The notes below the pieces were generated by a model, which searched no databases, had not been told where the DNA came from, and saw only the letters and a list, made by a program, of their open reading frames with translations. The translations under genes were made by a program, and so were the position numbers. This document shows positions 26,301-32,000 of a stretch of 32,000 bases of DNA, in pieces; the stretch's first letter is position 1; every line of letters begins with the position of its first letter. This DNA is from Guillardia theta nucleomorph (taxonomy: Eukaryota > Protista > Cryptophyta), in the NCBI GenBank assembly GCA_000002975.1, contig AJ010592.2, positions 60,001-92,000 on the forward strand, written 5' to 3'.

Positions 26301-29300
26301 ATAAAAAATTTTTAACTTTTAATTGAAATAATTTAATTGAAATATTACATATTTTGAAATTATTGAAAATGAAATTTTTTTTCACTTTTTTAGTTAATGT
26401 TGATTCATAACTGTATAATAAATTTTGGAATGAAAAGCCGATTAATGTAAGATCATTTCTATCATCTACTAAATGTCTACAAATAATTGAAATTTCCAAT
26501 TTAAAATTTAGATTGAATTTCAAAATTGATTTTTCTAGTTTGGCTCTGAAATTTTTTTTTAAATGATCATACATATCGTAATCAATTTTAGTGTTTTTAC
26601 CTTCTTTTATTTGAAAAATATAAATTTGTTCAATATATCTCATGTAAATTATTATTTTTTCCTTACTTTTAATTTCAAAAAAAGAGTTTTCCGTCTTTTT
26701 TGAAGATATAACGTAAATTATGTTTTTAATTCCTAGAGAAGATATATCCACAATAAAGTAAAATAGCTGTATTATAAAATTATTTAAAGCAAAACCTTTA
26801 ATGATACCAAATGCATTAAAAAAATTCATATCTTTATAGTTTATAAAACAATTATTTCTGGAAAAAATAAAAACCAACAAATTATCATCAAATACTTTTG
26901 AAAGTTGTGATTTATGGTTTATTAAACGTAAGTTTTCTAAATAATTATTTATTTTTATTTTGATAAAACAATTTAAAATATTGGCGTATTTTTTTTCATC
27001 TATTATTTTTTCTATGTATTTAAAATAATTGAATATGGATAATTGACACAATTGTGTATCACAAGGCTTTACAAACTTTGGGAAAAAAAATTGTTTTGAA
27101 CCTAAATACCAAAAATATTTATCTAAAAACAAACAAGTGAGTTTTTCATATAAATCAAAATGATATATAGGTCTCAAAAAGAAAAAATTTTCAGAAAACG
27201 AAATACTTACTTGAATAAAATTTTTTTGAGTTAATAAAATTGATTTAATTGTATCAAAAAAATTTATCAAATTGTAAATTTTGAATTCTTTTAATCGATA
27301 GTTTTCAGAATATTCAACGAAGTTATTAATACCTGATATTGTTATTAAAGCAAGTTTATTCTCTAATCTTGAGTAAAATTTTGGAAAATTTATAATTTTA
27401 AAATCAATTATATTTAACCAAATATTGAAAAAATCAAATCTATCACTTAAAAAAGAAGATTCGTGACTGAAACTTTTTTTTTGACGATCAATCTCAGATT
27501 TCATCCATAATCTTGAAAGTCTTGAAAGATTCTTTCTAAAAATTTTTTTATCGATAATTTTATTTTTTATAATTTTTTTTCTTACAATGAAAGTATCCAT
27601 TATCCACCATTTGGCTTTTTGTTTAATATATTGCTTTAGTAAAACTTTTTGAATTCTATTCATTTGAATACCAAACCAATTAACATGTGCTTTCCATCTT
27701 TTCCAGACAATTTTTGTCTGTCTTAAAATATATTTTACATCAATTTTATTTAAGTTATTAAAGTTTAGTACTTTTTTGATAATGTCTAATTTTAAATCAT
27801 AATCATTAAATGAATCTAATCTCTGTTTAGATTCAATAGATTTTTTTTTCGAGATGGATCTTCCTAAATTATAACGTGTAAGTAAATTATTAATCCATCT
27901 AGTTAATAAAGGCGAAATACCTCTAAGAAAAAACAACCAAATTCTCCAGAATGGAAGCCATAAACACAGATCATTTTTATTGTTAGTTTTATTTACTTTT
28001 TGAAGTAACAATATTTTGAATTGTTTGCAAAATTTTATTTGTTTCAAAGTTTTATACTTGTATCTGTAGATCGATGTTAAAGAACCCAAATTGCAAAATA
28101 TAAATTGTAGTGAATTTGCCAGCTGAATATTTGAAAAATTTTCACCAGAAAAATATACGAAGGAATTATTTATTAATTTCAAAAATCTAAAAATTTCCCT
28201 ACATAAATGAAATGAATTTCCAAATCTAGATTTCTTTCTTTCTTTTGTTGTTAAAATTTTAATTGATTCTAAATTAAAATTGTCATCTATTTTTAAGAAA
28301 TCAATTTTTTTTCTTCTAATTAAAATATTAAGTAGTTCTTTTCCTCTAAGACATATTTTTTTAGAAATTGAAATCCAGCTTGATTTAAATGTAATGAAAA
28401 AAAAATTTTTTTTTAAAGCCAATATTGTATTCATTTTTTTTTTAAATATTATTTTGTTTGAATTTTTTACATAGTTTTTCAACATTGAATGATATGATAA
28501 GTTATAGTTTTTGGTAAAAAACAGCAAATAATTTTGAAGTATTTTTTTTTCGATGGAAATTTTTGAAATTTTTTTTATTTTGAATGGATCAAACAATTTT
28601 GATTTTCCAAATTTTTGTAACTTTATCAAGATGTCAAATTTTTTTTGACTAATCAATAAATCATCAAAAAAAGTCTTTGGTAAATATTTTATTTTATTCA
28701 AAATATAAAGATTTTTTTTCTTATTTTTTCTAATAGTATCAGGAAAATATTTCAAAAATTTTTTAATGTAAATAAGTTTTAATTTTAGATAATTATTTGA
28801 GATACTTAAATTATATTCAAAAAATTGATTATTATTATTTTTACTATAATATATGTTTTTTTTTTTTGGGTAGTTGAAAGAATTAACATGATTTTTAAAG
28901 AATTCTTTATTTTTTAAACTTAAAATCAATCCTGATTTTATTTCAATTTTTAGTAATTTTATTACTAGACCTTTATCAAGAAGTATTGTTTTAAATTTAT
29001 TTAAATTTATAATTTTTTCAAAAAACTCTAAGTTTTTAAATAATTTATCATTATTTAAAGTCTTATCATAAAACTCATTAGATTTTTTTAAAATTTTGTT
29101 ATCTTTTTTTTGATTTTTTTTGAAATCGTCGATAAAAATACGATTTATTCTGTGTATTTTCAACTCCAAAACTCTATCCTGGAACCATAGATTAGACCAT
29201 CTAGCAAAAACTATTTTTTTTACAAATCTATAGTTCTCAAATGGAATATAAAAACTTTCACTTTTGTGAGACAAAAAATTTATTCTCTTATTTTCATCCC

Positions 29301-29520
29301 AAGGCATTGGTATAGACTCCAATAATCTATAAAATACCAGAGGATAATATCTGAATGTATTTAAAAGTGAAATTCTGTTTTTTTCATTTTCGAATCCGAG
29401 AACTCTACTTTCGTACTTTCTATTATTAAAAAATTTATAATTATATCTAATAAAAGAATTGTAATTCAAATCATTAATTTTTATCCAATATATGTAAAAT
29501 TTTTTAATTTCATTATACAT
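23347..29520 (-). CDS. prp8: Spliceosomal protein Prp8
   Basis: [72 protein letters not shown]. Confidence 0.97.
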   Translation of the reverse strand: [2057 protein letters not shown]

Positions 29521-29547
29521 TAAATATTAAATTTTAATAAATTTATA

Positions 29548-31122
29548 ATGATTTCAGATAATAATCAAAAAAATGAACACTCTGAAATTTTAGAACAAAA
29601 AAGAACAGCAAAAGGTATATGTAATTATTTAGCATCTAACTCAGCTAAAGGTTTGTATGATATTCTCAAAACCAGTTTAGGACCTTTTGGAAAATTTAAA
29701 ATGTTGATTTCTAAAAATGGTGATCTTAAAATAACAAAAGAAGGTTTAACACTTTTTTCTGATATGCAAATCCAAAATCCTTTTGCTATTCTGATTTCAA
29801 AATCTATAATAAATCAAAAAAATTTCTTAGGTGACGGAACATTAAGTATAATAACCCTATTAGGAGAAATGTTCAAATCAATTGAAAGTGCATTACAGGA
29901 TAATATTCACCCTGAAAAAATTTTACGTGGAATAAATATGGGTTACAATTATTTAAAGAAAAATTTATCAGATTATTCATCTTATCTCAAAATCGACAGG
30001 AATAATATTTTCAAGTGTGCCCTTTCTGTTATTGGGACTAAATTTAATTCCTCTTTTTCAGAAAAGTTGTCAAAAATCGTAACAGATTCATTCATGACAA
30101 TTTACCGAAATTCTCAAGAAATTGATTTGAATCTTATAGAGATTCTTCAAATTGATAGCCCAAACGAAAGTGATTGTAAATGGATCAAAGGCGTCGTTCT
30201 AGATCATGGTATAAGAAATAACACAGTGCCATTAATCACGAAAAATGTGTTTATTTTGCTTATTAATTTCAATCTAGAATATGAAAAAACAGAAAATAAT
30301 TCTTCTTTCATTTATAAATCTACTAAACAATATGAAAAATTTGCAATTTTCGAACAGGAACTTCTTAAAAAAAAAATTAACAAAATAATTCAAATCAAAA
30401 GAATTGTCTGTAAAAACAACAATAATTCATTTATGGTAATAAACCAAAAAGGAATAGATTCTTTTTCATTAGATTCTTTAGCAAAAGAAAATATAATAGC
30501 AGTAAGACGTGCTAAAAAAAAAAATCTTGAAAGAATTTCACTTTTATGTAATTGTATGCCAATAAATTCTATAGATGATATTAAATTAGAATATTTGGGT
30601 TTTGCTGGTTTAGTCTATGAACAAATAATAGGAGAAGACAGATATACTTTCATCGAAAATGTTACTAATCCATTTTCTGGAACAATTTTGATAAAAGGTA
30701 AATCTAGTATGATTAGAAATCAAGTAGAAAACGTTTTGAAAAACAGTCTTAAATCGATAAAAAGTTTCATTTATGATAAAAAAACATTACCTGGTGGAGG
30801 ATTCATAGAATGTCAATTGTATAAAAAGCTTGTAGAATTCTCAAAAAATTCGATTGAAAAAAATAGAATAGGTGTAATTATTCTCGCTAATGGATTACTT
30901 GGTGTTCCGAAATGTTTATTTGAAAATTATATTTTTAAAAAAAATAAAAAAAAAAATCAAATTCTAAATGATAATGAGTGGATAACTGACATTATTTTGT
31001 CAAACAAAAGCCCAGATATTTTAGATGGTTATTCTATTAAGCTAAATATTTTAGAACAGGCAGTTGCAATAACAAATCAAATTTTAAACATAGATGAAAT
31101 TATTATGGGATGTGGAATTTGA
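29548..31122 (+). CDS. cct6: Chaperonin CCT subunit zeta (CCT6)
   Basis: AKGLYDILKTSLGP.G..KML, GDGT, GVVLDHG, LEYEKTE, INQKGID. Confidence 0.94.
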   Translation: MISDNNQKNEHSEILEQKRTAKGICNYLASNSAKGLYDILKTSLGPFGKFKMLISKNGDLKITKEGLTLFSDMQIQNPFAILISKSIINQKNFLGDGTLSIITLLGEMFKSIESALQDNIHPEKILRGINMGYNYLKKNLSDYSSYLKIDRNNIFKCALSVIGTKFNSSFSEKLSKIVTDSFMTIYRNSQEIDLNLIEILQIDSPNESDCKWIKGVVLDHGIRNNTVPLITKNVFILLINFNLEYEKTENNSSFIYKSTKQYEKFAIFEQELLKKKINKIIQIKRIVCKNNNNSFMVINQKGIDSFSLDSLAKENIIAVRRAKKKNLERISLLCNCMPINSIDDIKLEYLGFAGLVYEQIIGEDRYTFIENVTNPFSGTILIKGKSSMIRNQVENVLKNSLKSIKSFIYDKKTLPGGGFIECQLYKKLVEFSKNSIEKNRIGVIILANGLLGVPKCLFENYIFKKNKKKNQILNDNEWITDIILSNKSPDILDGYSIKLNILEQAVAITNQILNIDEIIMGCGI

Positions 31123-31123
31123 A

Positions 31124-31201
31124 GCTCTTGTAGCTCAGTGGCAGAGCACGGGTCTTATGAGCCCGTGGTCATGGGTTCGAATATAAATCCCATCAGGAGC
31201 A
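31124..31201 (+). tRNA. trnI: tRNA-Ile(TAT) with a 6-nt T-loop insertion
   Basis: GCTCTTG TA GCTC AGTGGCA GAGC A CGGGT CT-TAT-GA GCCCG TGGTC ATGGG TTCGA[ATATAA]AT CCCAT CAGGAGC A. Confidence 0.9.
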
Positions 31202-31210
31202 GTTGTTATA

Positions 31211-31894
31211 TTAGAAAATCTCAATAATGTTAAGCTTGTGAAAAATAAATATTAAAAAAAATTGAAATATAATCAAATAAATTAAATTATTTTTTTTATA
31301 ATTTTCATTCAGATTTCCAGAATCCATTAGACCTTTCAATAATTGTATAATTGAGAGATTCAATATTGATAAAAAGCAATATAAACAATCATTTTTAATG
31401 AATATTTCTAATATTAAAGAGAAATAAATTGCCATTGTATTGTATAGAACGAAGAAATAATCAAGATAAAAACTATGATAATCTGAGATATTAAAAATAT
31501 TTTTAATTTTTGTATTTTTAAAAAAGATAATTAAATAAAAAAAAAAACCAATTAATGATAAAGGTATTCCCATAATTTCTGAAAATGTGGAACTCAAAAC
31601 CTTAGAACATGATAATGAACTACAATAAATTTCCGAATTTGTGTATTTATAGAAAGTCAAATAAGAAGTTTCCAGTATACCAATTAATGAAAGAATAATA
31701 ATAAATACATTTTTTTCAGCTTCTAAAAATTCCGAGTGTCTTTTATATTTAAAAAAGATTAATTTATAGTTAAATTTTTTTAAAATTTTTTCATTATCTG
31801 TTATGTTGAATTTTTTTAAATTTAATAAACAAATGTCTCGATTATTTTTGCGAAAATTCAATTTTTTTGATAAATTATTAATAAATAAATTCAT
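31211..31894 (-). CDS. Plastid-targeted VKOR-domain thiol oxidoreductase (LTO1/SynDsbAB type) without a thioredoxin domain
   Basis: G..ETSYLT, C-x4-C..VLSS.FSEIMGIPLSL.G, CLYC active site, several TM helices, basic N-terminal extension. Confidence 0.9.
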   Translation of the reverse strand: MNLFINNLSKKLNFRKNNRDICLLNLKKFNITDNEKILKKFNYKLIFFKYKRHSEFLEAEKNVFIIILSLIGILETSYLTFYKYTNSEIYCSSLSCSKVLSSTFSEIMGIPLSLIGFFFYLIIFFKNTKIKNIFNISDYHSFYLDYFFVLYNTMAIYFSLILEIFIKNDCLYCFLSILNLSIIQLLKGLMDSGNLNENYKKNNLIYLIIFQFFLIFIFHKLNIIEIF

Positions 31895-31899
31895 CTTAA

Positions 31900-31982
31900 C
31901 GCAACGAGCGAGATTCGAACTCGCGAAGGAATTCTCCCACTAACTTAGCAGGCTAGCGCCTTAACCACTCGGCCATCGTTGC
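31900..31982 (-). tRNA. trnS: tRNA-Ser(GCT), no intron
   Basis: GCAACGA TG GCC GAGTGGTTAA GGC G CTAGC CT-GCT-AA GTTAG, long variable arm, GCGAG TTCGAAT CTCGC TCGTTGC G. Confidence 0.95.
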
Positions 31983-32000
31983 AATTTACAGTTGTGTTAT

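Noticed and set aside
1-32000. CRISPR arrays, transposons, tandem repeats, rRNA or telomeric repeats
   Set aside because: None seen; the long A/T runs mostly encode poly-Lys or poly-Phe in frame and reflect AT bias.

Overview
Very AT-rich, gene-dense eukaryotic DNA with spacers of mostly 0-100 bp. It mixes divergent eukaryotic housekeeping genes (ribosomal proteins, Pol I largest subunit, Prp8, CCT subunits, Rpt4, TAFs, Caf1) with plastid-targeted genes (hcf136, cbbX, Psb32/TLP18.3, VKOR). This fits a cryptophyte nucleomorph chromosome, probably Guillardia theta or a close relative; that assignment is inferred from gene content, not searched. Beyond the ORF track I find: (1) five tRNA genes, four with 3-10 nt insertions at non-canonical D-arm, anticodon-loop and T-loop positions; (2) a Sen2-type tRNA endonuclease whose conserved N-terminal motif lies upstream of its first ATG; (3) a ~115-nt U2 snRNA with the branch-point recognition sequence changed from GUAGUA to GUAAAU; (4) a 45-nt spliceosomal intron in rps27, with a possible U1 gene antisense to its donor site; (5) a tiny C/D snoRNA candidate; (6) a synaptogyrin-like MARVEL membrane protein next to a Pex4-type E2 enzyme. 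All homology calls come from motif recognition by eye; no searches were run.
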